NCBI GenBank assembly: GCA_964512925.1
Contig: CAZEKH010000001.1
Coordinates: 136,226 to 200,225 of the forward strand
Source of the DNA: an uncultured Candidatus Saccharibacteria bacterium
GTDB lineage: Bacteria > Patescibacteriota > Doudnabacteria > UBA920
Length of the DNA stretch: 64,000 nt
Direction of reading: 5' to 3'
Below the pieces are notes generated by a model, which made no database searches, was not told the origin of the DNA, and saw only the letters and a list, made by a program, of their open reading frames with translations. Positions 10,569 through 20,514 of this stretch are shown piece after piece (the first letter of the stretch is position 1; each line of letters begins with the position of its first letter). Made by a program: the position numbers and the translations under genes.

Positions 10569-11000
10569 ATGAAAAAGAAATATTTTAGTTTTGCAGTGGT
10601 GCCGATTTTAACCCTGGCGCTTTTGGGCGCTGGAACAGCTTCCGCCCACGGAATGCTTGGTTTTGGACAGGCTGCCCAAAACCCCGAACAATTTGCCAGC
10701 CAAAGGCAGGCAATGTTTCAAAAAGAAGCTGAGCTGTTAGGGGTAAGCGTGGATGAAGTAAAAAATGCCTGGGCAGCAGGCAAAACGCTCGAGCAGCTGG
10801 CCCAGGAAAAGGGTATAACCAAGGACCAGCTAAAAACCAAGATGCAGGAGTTGAGAAATAAAGAACTATCAGCCCAGCTCCAAGCGTTGGTTTCTAAAGG
10901 TGTTATCACACAAGCCCAGGCTGATGCCCGTTTGCAGTTTATGAAAAACCACCAGCAGGAAGGCAAGGGCAAGCGAGGCGGATTTAGAATGCATTTTTAG
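10569..11000 (+). CDS. Secreted helical protein
   Basis: ASA signal peptide; AELLGVS..GKTLEQLAQEKGI and GVITQAQAD repeats. Confidence 0.8.
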   Translation: MKKKYFSFAVVPILTLALLGAGTASAHGMLGFGQAAQNPEQFASQRQAMFQKEAELLGVSVDEVKNAWAAGKTLEQLAQEKGITKDQLKTKMQELRNKELSAQLQALVSKGVITQAQADARLQFMKNHQQEGKGKRGGFRMHF

Positions 11001-11120
11001 AACAGTTGATTAAACAAGAGCCCTATTTTGGGCTCTTGTTTTGGTTTTCCCCAAAGTATTAAATTTTAATGTATAATATATTGTAGGATATGTACTTATT
11101 TAAATGGTAAGAGTAAAAAT

Positions 11121-11552
11121 ATGGAAAATAATTTTACTGCCAAAGCTGAAATATTGATCAAAGCCTCACCGGCCAAAATTTGGCGGGCTTTGACCACGCC
11201 GGAAATAGTTAAACAGTATTTTTTTGGCACTGATGTGGTTACCAATTGGAAAGAAGGTTCCCCGATTGTATACAAAGGCGAATGGCAAGGAAAAAAATAT
11301 GAGGATAAAGGCAAGATTGTCCAGGTGGAGCCGGAAAAACTTTTGGTTACAACTTACTGGTCAAGTTTATCAGGACGGCCGGATCTGCCGGAGAATTATA
11401 GCACCGTGATTTATGAACTGTTTTCCAAGGGCGAGGGAACGGAATTGGTTGTGACGCAAGATAACAATTTAAATGAAGAATCAAGATTGCATAGCGAGAA
11501 AAATTGGAAAATGGTTTTAGAAGCTTTAAAAAAACTTTTGGAACATAAATAA
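11121..11552 (+). CDS. SRPBCC/AHSA1-like domain protein
   Basis: IKASPAKIWRALT.PE..KQYFFG, TNWKEGSPI, W..VL..LK. Confidence 0.88.
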   Translation: MENNFTAKAEILIKASPAKIWRALTTPEIVKQYFFGTDVVTNWKEGSPIVYKGEWQGKKYEDKGKIVQVEPEKLLVTTYWSSLSGRPDLPENYSTVIYELFSKGEGTELVVTQDNNLNEESRLHSEKNWKMVLEALKKLLEHK

Positions 11553-11580
11553 AAACTGCCCCGATATCGGGGCAGTTTTT
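11551..11580. terminator. Bidirectional terminator
   Basis: AAAAACTGCCCCGATATCGGGGCAGTTTTT between convergent genes. Confidence 0.8.
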
Positions 11581-11581
11581 A

Positions 11582-12415
11582 TTATTTTTCAAATTGTCTG
11601 ATTTCTTTTGAATAGTTTGGTGTATCGCCTATTTCAAGGGATTTGTCGGTAATAAAATATTTTTTTCTGGCTTGTTCAATACTAAGGTCTGTGTCTAAGA
11701 GTTTATGTTTCAAAGCCAGCTCATCGGCTGAAGCTGTCAGCCACAATTGCCAGGACCACATAGAGATTCTGCCGGGGCTTAATTTGTTGATATGTCCGAC
11801 AATGCTGGAAGTGCAATTGGCCCAAAAAGTGTTATACCAGCGGGGTTTTGTTTGCAGCTCGTTCATAGTTTTTAGCATATCGGTTAAAAGCAGGCGCATA
11901 TTTTCAGAGGATGATGTTTTAACCGGATAAACATAAACATTGTCTTTTCTGATATTGGCTCTAAGAAGCAGCACATCCCGTTCATCGGTCGCTATGTACA
12001 TCAGCGGATAAGTATGTAGCATACCTTTCCAAATGCTGTATGTTTGAGCTTTGGTTTTTCTGGCCTCGATGCTGATGGCTAGAAAATCTCCATTTTCAAA
12101 CTCAAAAGATAGGAAAGTATGGGCCGCCAACTTGTTTTCGTTAAACGGCTCGGTAACATACCAGATTTTTTTAATTTGTCTTAAATCATAAGTTCGGTCG
12201 TAGTAACCGGGTATCATATCGTGCTCAGTCGGCGAGTAGCGGAAATTCCGCACATTTTTTATGGTTACCATATCGCCGGAAAATTCCGCAGTAGAAGGTA
12301 TTTTTAACTGTTCTTGCCAATCGCCCGTAGTTGCCGGAGTTTTCAGATTTTGCCAAAGTAAAAATACACTTAGTAAAAATATTGCGCTTAAAAAAAATTT
12401 TATTTTTTCTGTCAT
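11582..12415 (-). CDS. DUF4105 (Lnb N-terminal-like) protein
   Basis: IKNVRNFRY, AHTFLSFEF, ISIEARK, ATDERDV, WYNTFWANCTS. Confidence 0.85.
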   Translation of the reverse strand: MTEKIKFFLSAIFLLSVFLLWQNLKTPATTGDWQEQLKIPSTAEFSGDMVTIKNVRNFRYSPTEHDMIPGYYDRTYDLRQIKKIWYVTEPFNENKLAAHTFLSFEFENGDFLAISIEARKTKAQTYSIWKGMLHTYPLMYIATDERDVLLLRANIRKDNVYVYPVKTSSSENMRLLLTDMLKTMNELQTKPRWYNTFWANCTSSIVGHINKLSPGRISMWSWQLWLTASADELALKHKLLDTDLSIEQARKKYFITDKSLEIGDTPNYSKEIRQFEK

Positions 12416-12897
12416 TTTTCGGTTGCGGTTAATTGTCCGTCTGAATTTATTATGCCGATGAACTGGGTGTCGTTTTGGTAGTGTTTTAAAACAAAAGGTA
12501 TTGAGACCTTTGCATTTTTGGTAAACTCGGCGAGTGGCAAGTTGTCTATGGGGTAAAAATTCAGAGCGCCTTCGTTGGAGTCTAAATTGTTTGGGACTGA
12601 CAACAGCACTCCCGTGTGCCAGCAGATTATAGACAAAAGGTCCGGCCTGGTTGTTAAAACGGTTAATTTTAGCTTTAAATCGGAGATTTGATCTAGGGTA
12701 ATATGGCTTTCTTCCGAAAGTTCTCTGAGTAAAGATTTTTGCAAGTCTTCAGCTTCTCCAAGTTCCAACTCGGTCTTGCCGCCTAAAGTGGAAATCAGAT
12801 TCGGATCGCGCTTTCTTTCGGGTGAACGCTTCATTAGTAAAACTTCTTTTTTGTTTGGGTGTATAAGGATCAGACCGGTTCGGCATTCAATTTTCAT
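12412..12897 (-). CDS. NUDIX hydrolase
   Basis: GGKTE...LLRELSEES Nudix box. Confidence 0.8.
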   Translation of the reverse strand: MKIECRTGLILIHPNKKEVLLMKRSPERKRDPNLISTLGGKTELELGEAEDLQKSLLRELSEESHITLDQISDLKLKLTVLTTRPDLLSIICWHTGVLLSVPNNLDSNEGALNFYPIDNLPLAEFTKNAKVSIPFVLKHYQNDTQFIGIINSDGQLTATEK

Positions 12898-13141
12898 TTG
12901 ATTGGGTTTTTATTAGTTTAAGTTTTTTTATTCTTGACCATTTTTTAACTTCTGACTCGCGTTTTAGAGCTTTGTTTTTGCTTCGAAATTTTTCACTATA
13001 TACTATTTTTCCGCCGCCACGGCTTCTTGTGTATTTGGCGCCCTTGCCCGTGTTGTGAAGCAGCGCGCGCTTTTTTAGGTCATTTGTTGAACCGGAGTAG
13101 AGGCTTTTGTCTTTACAAAGGAAAATGTAGAAGTAATGCAT
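12887..13141 (-). CDS. Small GIY-YIG nuclease (YhbQ-like)
   Basis: YFYI..C.D.SLYSGSTNDL.KR...HN.GKGAKYTR, ALKRE..VKK. Confidence 0.88.
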   Translation of the reverse strand: MHYFYIFLCKDKSLYSGSTNDLKKRALLHNTGKGAKYTRSRGGGKIVYSEKFRSKNKALKRESEVKKWSRIKKLKLIKTQSNEN

Positions 13142-13246
13142 AAAAATATTATATCATCTTTAACTTGTGAAGATTGTAAAAAACCTATAAACTTTAGACA
13201 TAGTTAAAATATTGTAATATCCGCCTTTGGCGGGGAAAGAAAAAAT

Positions 13247-13474
13247 ATGAAACAAATGACCTGCGCCCAATTGGGCGGACCCGTAAATTGCGCCGTTGCT
13301 TTTACCGGAAATTCTTTAGAAGAAATTGCCGGACAGGGCGGGACACACCTGATGTCTACCACGGACGAAGACCATAAGGCAGCCAGAGATATGATGCAAA
13401 ATAGTAAGCCTGAAGACCAGGCTCAATGGATGGCAGATATGATGCCAAAGTTTGCAGCCCAACCGGAGTTATAG
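13247..13474 (+). CDS. DUF1059-like small protein
   Basis: MTCAQLGG..C...F.G.S.EE..H pattern. Confidence 0.65.
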   Translation: MKQMTCAQLGGPVNCAVAFTGNSLEEIAGQGGTHLMSTTDEDHKAARDMMQNSKPEDQAQWMADMMPKFAAQPEL

Positions 13475-13517
13475 TTTTTTTAAAAGCCTTCCAAAACTTG
13501 GGAAGGCTTTTTAAATG

Positions 13518-14510
13518 CTATGAATAGTTTTCTTTATGAAGTTCTTTGGGGTGAAAAAATTTGGTTAGTCCGCTGCCGAAAAACAAAAGTAAGATAGCGG
13601 CAGAATACACCACCAAGTCTTCCACTTCCCAGGCGCGGAATTGTGTGAGCATGATTACCACTGAAGTGGCAAAAAACAGGGCGATTAAAATTGTGGTTAT
13701 TCTGGTGATGTATCCGAGGATAAAAAGTATGCCAAAGATCATCTCGGCAAAGCCGGCGCTTAGCACAAACAGCCTGTCAGAGTACCAGGAAAAACCCAAA
13801 AGCCGCATAAAGTTCCAGTTATGTTCGGACAAAAAAGCTAAAGAGAGTTCCGGGTACATAAGTTTTTCCGTAAAAGCCATCACTATCAGAGAAATACCTA
13901 CAGTTACCCTGACCATTTCTACCGAGTGTTTGTCCAATTTTTTAAACCGAGAATTCTCCGGTGAATTTTTGATAAAGAAAAAGAGAGCCAGACCCAAAAG
14001 CAGAAGATTTTCCAACAATGCCGCAGGGGAGGCGAGTATGCCAAGAAAAAGCAGGAGCCCAAAAAGCATCATTGAAGCAGCTCGGGGAAATATATTAAAC
14101 ACAAATAGGAGACCGGCCAAAACCTGGACAGCCCCGAGTATGGAAGTTAGTGTGTTGGTTATGGGCAGGTCAGGGCTAAGGATGAGGCTCCAGATAAAAG
14201 TTACAGTGATGAGGAACACACCCAAGATCGCTTGCGCGGTTTGAATGATTCCACGTTCTTTTCTTTCCGCAAAATCCAGTATTTTTTGCCAGGTTTTAAG
14301 TTTGTGGTCTAAAAAGCTAAACAACAAAACCGCTATCAGGCTGATAACAGACCACAGCAGTACTTCTTTGCTGGTTAAGTAGTAAAACGGAGTTTTGCCG
14401 TGTTCAGCTGCAGTTATGGAAGCTGAATCCACAAACCATTTGACGTGAGCTGAGGCAAAAGCTAAGGGGCTTATAAGGCTTATAAGGATAAGTAAAAATA
14501 TTTTTTTCAT
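13518..14510 (-). CDS. DoxX-like integral membrane protein
   Basis: AHVKWF after a signal peptide, many TMs, AFTEKL..P, AG.AE..G..L.LG..TR. Confidence 0.75.
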   Translation of the reverse strand: MKKIFLLILISLISPLAFASAHVKWFVDSASITAAEHGKTPFYYLTSKEVLLWSVISLIAVLLFSFLDHKLKTWQKILDFAERKERGIIQTAQAILGVFLITVTFIWSLILSPDLPITNTLTSILGAVQVLAGLLFVFNIFPRAASMMLFGLLLFLGILASPAALLENLLLLGLALFFFIKNSPENSRFKKLDKHSVEMVRVTVGISLIVMAFTEKLMYPELSLAFLSEHNWNFMRLLGFSWYSDRLFVLSAGFAEMIFGILFILGYITRITTILIALFFATSVVIMLTQFRAWEVEDLVVYSAAILLLFFGSGLTKFFHPKELHKENYS

Positions 14511-14609
14511 TTTTTTATTTATTTTATTTTACAACAAATCTATATAAGTATATTACACCAAAATGGGCAATTTTCAAATTTGTGGAGGTTTGGCATAAAC
14601 TGCTAAGAT

Positions 14610-15194
14610 ATGGATATGCATATAAAATCAGCGGAATTTGTAAAAGGGCTTACAGGGCCGGACGACCTGCTTTTAGATGGCACGCCTCAGGTGGCTTTTA
14701 TTGGGCGTTCCAATGTCGGCAAGTCCAGCGTGATCAATGTTCTGGCTAACAAAAAAGATTTGGCCAGAACCAGTTCTTTTCCGGGACGAACCCAACAGGT
14801 CAATGTTTTTTTGATCAATAAAGAATTTTATTTATTGGATCTGCCCGGTTATGGTTACGCGAAGGCTTCCAGGGAAATGCAGGAACAAATCCAGCAGCTC
14901 ATCTACTGGTATTTACTTGATTCCGACTATGAGCAAAAAGCTGTGGTGTTGATAGTGGACGCGGAAGTGGGTTTGACTAAAACGGACTCGCAAATGCTTT
15001 TTAGTTTGGAGGAAAAAGGGAAAAATGTTATTGTGGTGGCTAACAAAATAGACAAGCTAAAAAAAACCGCCATCCCCAGACAGTTAAAAGAAATTCAGGA
15101 TTCCATAGGCAACCATAAGCTTATTGCTTTTTCCGCAGAAAAAAAGATCGGAGTGGAGGAGTTGTTGAAAGTTGTTTTGGAAGGTATAAGTTAA
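14610..15194 (+). CDS. engB: Ribosome biogenesis GTPase EngB/YihA/YsxC
   Basis: GRSNVGKSS, PGRTQ, DLPGYGYA, NKID. Confidence 0.95.
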   Translation: MDMHIKSAEFVKGLTGPDDLLLDGTPQVAFIGRSNVGKSSVINVLANKKDLARTSSFPGRTQQVNVFLINKEFYLLDLPGYGYAKASREMQEQIQQLIYWYLLDSDYEQKAVVLIVDAEVGLTKTDSQMLFSLEEKGKNVIVVANKIDKLKKTAIPRQLKEIQDSIGNHKLIAFSAEKKIGVEELLKVVLEGIS

Positions 15195-15287
15195 GCAGGG
15201 TACAGGAGTAGGCCTTGAATAATTAAAAGTTCGCTTTAGTATTCTGCGTTTCACAATTTTGTCAAAAAAATCGTGAAAATATATTGT

Positions 15288-15366
15288 TCTCCTCCCTTGA
15301 GGGGAGGGGTTAGGCCTGCCCGAAATGCATGAGCATGCATATGCGATGCAGGCGGGGGAGGGTGAT
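15288..15366. repeat. CCCTCCC/GGGAGGG palindrome with a nested 41-bp insert
   Basis: Insert 15312-15352 is the exact reverse complement of 32328-32368. Confidence 0.8.
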
Positions 15367-15487
15367 GCCGTATCGTTAATAATTTGTTAGTTAGCTCAGA
15401 GATAGTTTATTTAAATTCCTGGGGTTGAAAAAAACTGAAGAATATGGTAAACTTGCAAAAGTTTCCAGTTAAATCGTTTCATATATT

Positions 15488-15727
15488 ATGTATTACTTAT
15501 ATATAATAAAAAGTAATATTAAAGACTGGCGTTATATAGGAATCACTGACAATGTTGAAAAAAGGTTAATTGAACACAATAAAGGTAAAACCAAATCAAC
15601 TAAAGCCTATATTCCATTTACGCTTATTTATAGAGAGACTTTTTCTAACAAGACCGATGCTAGAAAAAGAGAAATATATTTGAAGAAAAATTATAAAGCA
15701 AGAGAAGAAATATTTAGAAACTTATAA
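15488..15727 (+). CDS. Small GIY-YIG nuclease directly upstream of tRNA-Glu
   Basis: YYLYII.S....RYIGITDN..KRL.EHN.G..KSTK, ARKRE.YLK. Confidence 0.88.
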   Translation: MYYLYIIKSNIKDWRYIGITDNVEKRLIEHNKGKTKSTKAYIPFTLIYRETFSNKTDARKREIYLKKNYKAREEIFRNL

Positions 15728-15741
15728 ACATTTTCTTTTGC

Positions 15742-15816
15742 GGCGCTATCATCTAATGGTTAGGATAAGTGGTTTTCATCCACTAAATCGGGGTTCGATT
15801 CCCCGTAGCGCTACCA
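15742..15816 (+). tRNA. tRNA-Glu (TTC)
   Basis: GGCGCTA/TAGCGCT acceptor stem, AGTGG-TTTTCAT-CCACT anticodon arm, GGTTCGATTCC T arm, encoded CCA. Confidence 0.95.
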
Positions 15817-16046
15817 AAGAAAATGTTTATAAAAAGTTAGGACAAGTGGTTTTTCCGCCAAAGGCGGACCCGCCTCTGGCGGGTATCCTGATCACACTAA
15901 ATCTGGTTTCAATTTTACAATTTAATTTATAGAAAGATTGATCCGCCTTTGGCGGACGATTCCCCGCCGTGCCCCGCATACGAGTCCGCGAGTTATGCGG
16001 GGTAGCGCTATGACAAAAAACTCATCCAAACCGATGAGTTTTTGGT

Positions 16047-16385
16047 ATGAAAACAATGGGTCATGTCCCCATTGTTTTCCCTAGTGAGATGATAAAAAAA
16101 GAATCTGCTCCCGCGATTGAGGCTTTTAAAGAGAGAGAAGGAAAAGTTACGGGCTTGTACGAGGAATGGGACGGCTGCTTGATTGATGATATGTTAAATG
16201 AAGAAGGTAATGCTTTTGCTCAATATTATTTTGATTTCGAAAAAGGGCAGTTTCTAAATGACTACACAAATTTATTTGATGTAGCAGACCCACGCACCTT
16301 TGATGTTCCTTGCACCTGGGAAAATTATGAAAAGTTAAAAGGCGTTATTGATAACCGTTATAACCAATGGAAGAAGTCAAAGTAA
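16047..16385 (+). CDS. Hypothetical protein, possibly N-terminally truncated, immunity-protein-like
   Basis: L.DDMLNEEGNAFA..Y..G.FLNDY and TWENY..L..ID.RY..WK; first gene of the AT-rich island. Confidence 0.55.
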   Translation: MKTMGHVPIVFPSEMIKKESAPAIEAFKEREGKVTGLYEEWDGCLIDDMLNEEGNAFAQYYFDFEKGQFLNDYTNLFDVADPRTFDVPCTWENYEKLKGVIDNRYNQWKKSK

Positions 16386-17452
16386 AAAAACATTTTCTTA
16401 TAATAGCGTCACAGATAGCTGAGCTATATGTCATATTCTCATATTTAATGACTTTTCTAGCACGGAAGGGCACTGATTATTTTGAAGATATTTTGCTTCC
16501 TTTTATTTTGTTTTTAATTGCTGCGGTTGTCTTTTTTACCCAGATAAAGGCAATTGAAAAATTCAGAAAGTTAATAAGCTATATTTCAATAATAAGTATT
16601 ATTGTTTTATCCTATTTAGTATTTATTATTCATAATAAAGGGTACGATTATTTTCAACTTAATTGGTGGAATTTTGAATTTTACAAATATAGAAATCTAA
16701 TTATTTTTTTGTTTCTTATTGTTGGTTCCCAAGTTGTTAAGTTATTGGCTTTGAATATAAATAAACTAAGTTATCAGAAAATAGTTGAGTCTAGTAGGTT
16801 AAAAAAGTTCTTTGTTGTTACTGCTGTAATTCTTGTAGTTGGCATTGTTTTTGTCTTCGTTATGCAAAAGCTAGAGACACACAAGATTGAAAGAACAGGA
16901 ACCGAAGTAGTAAAAAGCATTGAAAAATTTAGGTCGCAATACGGGCGCTTGCCTGAATCACGGGCCGAAATGGGACTTCCTGACACAGAAAGTACACGTC
17001 CTTTTTATACAAAAATCAGCAACGATGAGTATGAACTTAACTACCCAATAGGTTTTGATGGGGGTTATGTATATTATTCAAAAATAGGAAAGTGGCAAGA
17101 CTATCCGTCGGGCGACTTTGGTTGTGCTAACGATGACTATCAATTACTCACATCTCCTAACGGTCAACATACAGCGCGATTATTCAGAAGGGATTGTGGC
17201 GCCACAACAGATTATTCAGGACACGTAACATTGGACAGCGAACCAATTTTTGTACTTAATCATTATTATGGTAAAACTATTGAAGTAAACTGGATTAACG
17301 ACACGCATCTTTTCATTCAATATGCGTATAAGGAATCACCTGACGACGTTTCAATTTTCAAAACAGAATATAAAGGTATTAAATTAGAATATTTCTACTG
17401 GCCTTGTATTGGCCCAGTAGATAAACACCCTAAAGGGTACTGTTTAGAATAA
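16367..17452 (+). CDS. Membrane protein with a C-terminal DUF5412-like domain
   Basis: About five TM segments, then SPNG..TA.LF.RDCGATT.YS motif. Confidence 0.65.
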   Translation: MEEVKVKKHFLIIASQIAELYVIFSYLMTFLARKGTDYFEDILLPFILFLIAAVVFFTQIKAIEKFRKLISYISIISIIVLSYLVFIIHNKGYDYFQLNWWNFEFYKYRNLIIFLFLIVGSQVVKLLALNINKLSYQKIVESSRLKKFFVVTAVILVVGIVFVFVMQKLETHKIERTGTEVVKSIEKFRSQYGRLPESRAEMGLPDTESTRPFYTKISNDEYELNYPIGFDGGYVYYSKIGKWQDYPSGDFGCANDDYQLLTSPNGQHTARLFRRDCGATTDYSGHVTLDSEPIFVLNHYYGKTIEVNWINDTHLFIQYAYKESPDDVSIFKTEYKGIKLEYFYWPCIGPVDKHPKGYCLE

Positions 17453-17467
17453 TAAATCCTATATAAT

Positions 17468-18052
17468 ATGGACTTAAAATTATTTAAAGAAAAACTAGAA
17501 AAGTTTGGCGTAATTTTTGAAGCTGGTTTAAACGATAAGGAAATATTGTTTGCTGAACAAAAATATCAATTTAAATTTCCACCTGACCTTAAACAATGGC
17601 TGCAATACGCATTACCCATTCAGCTAAAGGATAACCAAGGTATGAAATTCCCTAACTGGCGAAATTTAGAAAATAAGGATTTGAAATTCCAAATGGATGG
17701 ACCTTTAGAGGGCATTTTATTCGACGTGGAAAATAATAACTATTGGCTAAATGAATTAGGTAATAAGCCTGCTGATTTGGAAGAGGCTAAAAGTATTATT
17801 TCTGATGCTATTAACAAAGCACCTAAATTAATTCCAGTATACGGACACAGATATTTACCAAGCGAGCCTTTAGAAGAAGGGAATCCAATTCTAAGTGTGC
17901 ACCAGACTGACATTATTTATTATGGAAATAATCTATGGGGTTATTTAGATATTGAGTTTGGCTCTCCTGGACAAATGGTTATTTACGTTGGTGATTCAGA
18001 AGAGCCAAAAAAAATTAAGTTTTGGTCAAGAATTATTGAAAGTAACAAGTAG
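17468..18052 (+). CDS. SMI1/KNR4 (SUKH) family protein
   Basis: GLND.EI..AE.KY.F.FPPDL, APKLIPVYGHRYLP, NPILSVHQTDIIYYG.NL. Confidence 0.85.
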   Translation: MDLKLFKEKLEKFGVIFEAGLNDKEILFAEQKYQFKFPPDLKQWLQYALPIQLKDNQGMKFPNWRNLENKDLKFQMDGPLEGILFDVENNNYWLNELGNKPADLEEAKSIISDAINKAPKLIPVYGHRYLPSEPLEEGNPILSVHQTDIIYYGNNLWGYLDIEFGSPGQMVIYVGDSEEPKKIKFWSRIIESNK

Positions 18053-18056
18053 CTCT

Positions 18057-18749
18057 ATGTGGCCATTTAAGAAGAAAGTAAAAGAAACTCACATACTCAC
18101 TCCTAGACAAATTAAGGAGGCTCATAAGTTAATAACGACAAATAAGCAGTTATTAGCTGAGAGTCAGATGGCGGGCTGTTATTATTGTTTAGAAATTTAT
18201 CCCGCTAAGGAAGTCGAGGAGTTTTTGGAAGTAGAAAATACAGCACTTTGTCCCAAGTGTGGTATTGATTGTGTTTTAGGAGATAAAATTGATTTCCCAT
18301 TGAATAAAGAAGTCTTACAAGAATTGCATAACTTTTGGTTTTCAGACAGGGGCTGGTCGATATTTACTGAAGATAAAGACTCTAAAAAAGCAGATGTGTT
18401 TGTAAGAAATAAGATGACTAAAGATGACAGAAAAAAGATGCCTTGGATTTTAGAATTATTAGTAACCCCAAAGTTTGCGAATGATAACCTTTCGCAAGAG
18501 GAAAAATTAAAATTACACAGCTTTATTGATGATATAGATACTGAGCTAAGAGAGGTTCGTAAAGTAGAATCAATTGTTAAACTAAACTGGTTTGTATATG
18601 AAGAAGCCTTCTTTTGTTTAGACAAGCCAGATAAGGTTGATGAAATACTAAAAGAAGTTTCAAAAAAATATAGCCCTGAAATCACTTGGCAAACAAAACT
18701 TACGAATGACCCTAAGTGGGATTCCGTATCACACTATCTGAAAATTTAA
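18057..18749 (+). CDS. Hypothetical protein: Cys-rich (GCYYC..CPKC) domain fused to a DUF695-like domain
   Basis: Start placed at MWPFKKK; Zn-binding-like Cys cluster; C-terminal DPKWD. Confidence 0.65.
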   Translation: MWPFKKKVKETHILTPRQIKEAHKLITTNKQLLAESQMAGCYYCLEIYPAKEVEEFLEVENTALCPKCGIDCVLGDKIDFPLNKEVLQELHNFWFSDRGWSIFTEDKDSKKADVFVRNKMTKDDRKKMPWILELLVTPKFANDNLSQEEKLKLHSFIDDIDTELREVRKVESIVKLNWFVYEEAFFCLDKPDKVDEILKEVSKKYSPEITWQTKLTNDPKWDSVSHYLKI

Positions 18750-19051
18750 GATAGAATTATAAACCTCTCTTACCAAAGCCAAATAAGTTTTCCACCTGTA
18801 CAGAGCGGGTCTACCAAGAAATGCTTCTCAGCCTGTGATGGGGGATTTTTTCTTGATACAAAGTCCCACTTGCAAAGATCATCTTCGTTCACTTCGTTCA
18901 TAAAAAACCCCGACCTTGTGTCGGGATTTTTGTAAATTGACGGTTGGCGACAAAAGGGGTATTATGGTTTGTTAACAATTATTTCTGTATCGGGTATAAT
19001 ACGGTAAGGGTTGAGTTGAGGTTTTAAGAAAAAATAATTTAAAAAAATAGT

Positions 19052-20128
19052 ATGAACAAATTTTTAAAATACATAAGCATAGTAACTATTGTGTTGGGAG
19101 TGGTGTTTGTCGTACAAACCGGTGTAGCGCAGAACATTAAATTCAGCCCTATTAAGCCCCAGGCAAAGCAAAACGCTCTTTTAACTGACGAACAGCAGGG
19201 GATTTTGGCTGTGAGAAAAGCAAAGGCCAGTGTGGTCAATATAGTGGGCAGGAAAAACGACATTGGTCCGGGCAAGGTCATCTCCGGCATAGACATCACC
19301 AACGGCACGGGCATTGTCTGGTCGGCTGACGGGTACATAGTGTCCAACAGTCACGTGGTGGAAGATGTGGCTTTTGAATACGAAGTGGTGTTTGCGGACG
19401 GTTCTTCGTATCCCGCCAAAGTGGTGGGTAAAGACAAATACAATGACGTGGCGCTTTTAAAAATAGAAAGATCTGGGTTAACCTCTGCAACTGTGGGCGA
19501 TTCCGACGCTTTGGAAACCGGACAAACAGTCTTTGCTATCGGTAACTCTCTGGGTAAATATCAAAACACAGTTTCCAGAGGTGTAGTGTCGGGTTTGGGT
19601 AGGGCGATAGACATCGGCAGCGAAGCCAAGCCTTTGCCGCGTTTGCAAAACTTGATTCAGACTGACGCGGCCATAAACTTGGGAAATTCCGGCGGGCCTT
19701 TGGTTAATATGGCAGGGGAAGTGGTAGGGATGAATACGCTTATAGAAAACGACGCTGCCAGCATTGGGTTTTCGGTTCCTATAAACACTGTAAAAAAATC
19801 AGTGGAACAGCTGAAAAATTTCGGTAAAGCCTCCAGACCCTATATGGGCATCCAGTATCAAACCATCACTCCTGAAGCTAGGGTTCTGTATGGCTTTTCA
19901 GCTTCGAACGGAGCAGCGGTTTCCATAGTGGCAAAAAATTCTCCAGCTCAAAAAGCCGGACTGAAAGATGGAGATATAATTTTGGAAATAAACAGAGAAG
20001 TTTTGTCGGCGCAAAATGAGCTAGACAAAATCTTGACCAAATATCAGGCAGGGGACCAGATTTTGCTCAAAGTTTTGCGAGGTAAAAACACTTTGGAACT
20101 TTTACTGATTTTGGAAGAATATAAGTAA
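19052..20128 (+). CDS. htrA: HtrA/DegP-like serine protease with PDZ domain
   Basis: GTG, SNSHVV, DVALLKI, IQTDAAINLGNSGGPL, PDZ SPA.KAGL..GDII. Confidence 0.93.
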   Translation: MNKFLKYISIVTIVLGVVFVVQTGVAQNIKFSPIKPQAKQNALLTDEQQGILAVRKAKASVVNIVGRKNDIGPGKVISGIDITNGTGIVWSADGYIVSNSHVVEDVAFEYEVVFADGSSYPAKVVGKDKYNDVALLKIERSGLTSATVGDSDALETGQTVFAIGNSLGKYQNTVSRGVVSGLGRAIDIGSEAKPLPRLQNLIQTDAAINLGNSGGPLVNMAGEVVGMNTLIENDAASIGFSVPINTVKKSVEQLKNFGKASRPYMGIQYQTITPEARVLYGFSASNGAAVSIVAKNSPAQKAGLKDGDIILEINREVLSAQNELDKILTKYQAGDQILLKVLRGKNTLELLLILEEYK

Positions 20129-20195
20129 TTGAGCAAAAATAAGTAAAATTGACAAAATTGATCAAAATTTAATAAAACGGGACTTACGTATATGG

Positions 20196-20223
20196 TGTCA
20201 TTCCCGCGGAGGCGGGAATCTAG
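20196..20223. repeat. GTCATTCCCG-family palindrome
   Basis: TGTCATTCCCGCGGAGGCGGGAATCTAG; relatives at about 6762, 24260, 31063, 43000, 48541, 55802 and 59040. Confidence 0.85.
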
Positions 20224-20514
20224 TTAGTATAACTGTGTTATTTATTAATAAAATTTACTCTGTCACGTCTATTCATCTTTGATAAAAAAAGACAATATGG
20301 ATTTTTAAAAGTGAATAGAAAAAGACCGTGCCGATGTGTGTCAGCTCGGTCTTTTTGAAACCTTCAGGAACTTATGACTCGGCTTTTCTGGCCTTTATAT
20401 TACTCAAAATTGAAAATTTTGAGGAAGCGTTCTGAAAATCTGGCTCCGCCAGTTTTCAGAAAACTTCTAAAGGTAAAGAAAAGCTTATGAAAGGAAAAAT
20501 GCTAGTTTGTCCGT

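Noticed and set aside
12887-13141. This GIY-YIG gene as a repeat-flanked cassette
   Set aside because: It overlaps the downstream NUDIX gene and shows no paired terminal palindromes; only an isolated CCGCC/GGCGG hairpin at 13220.
13561-14244. 227-aa ORF and similar long antisense ORFs
   Set aside because: They are shadow frames opposite well-supported genes.
15738-15932. 64-aa ORF
   Set aside because: It overlaps tRNA-Glu and repeat sequence.
16047-18749. Integron cassette array
   Set aside because: Genes overlap or are separated by 15 bp or less; no attC-like sites or integrase.
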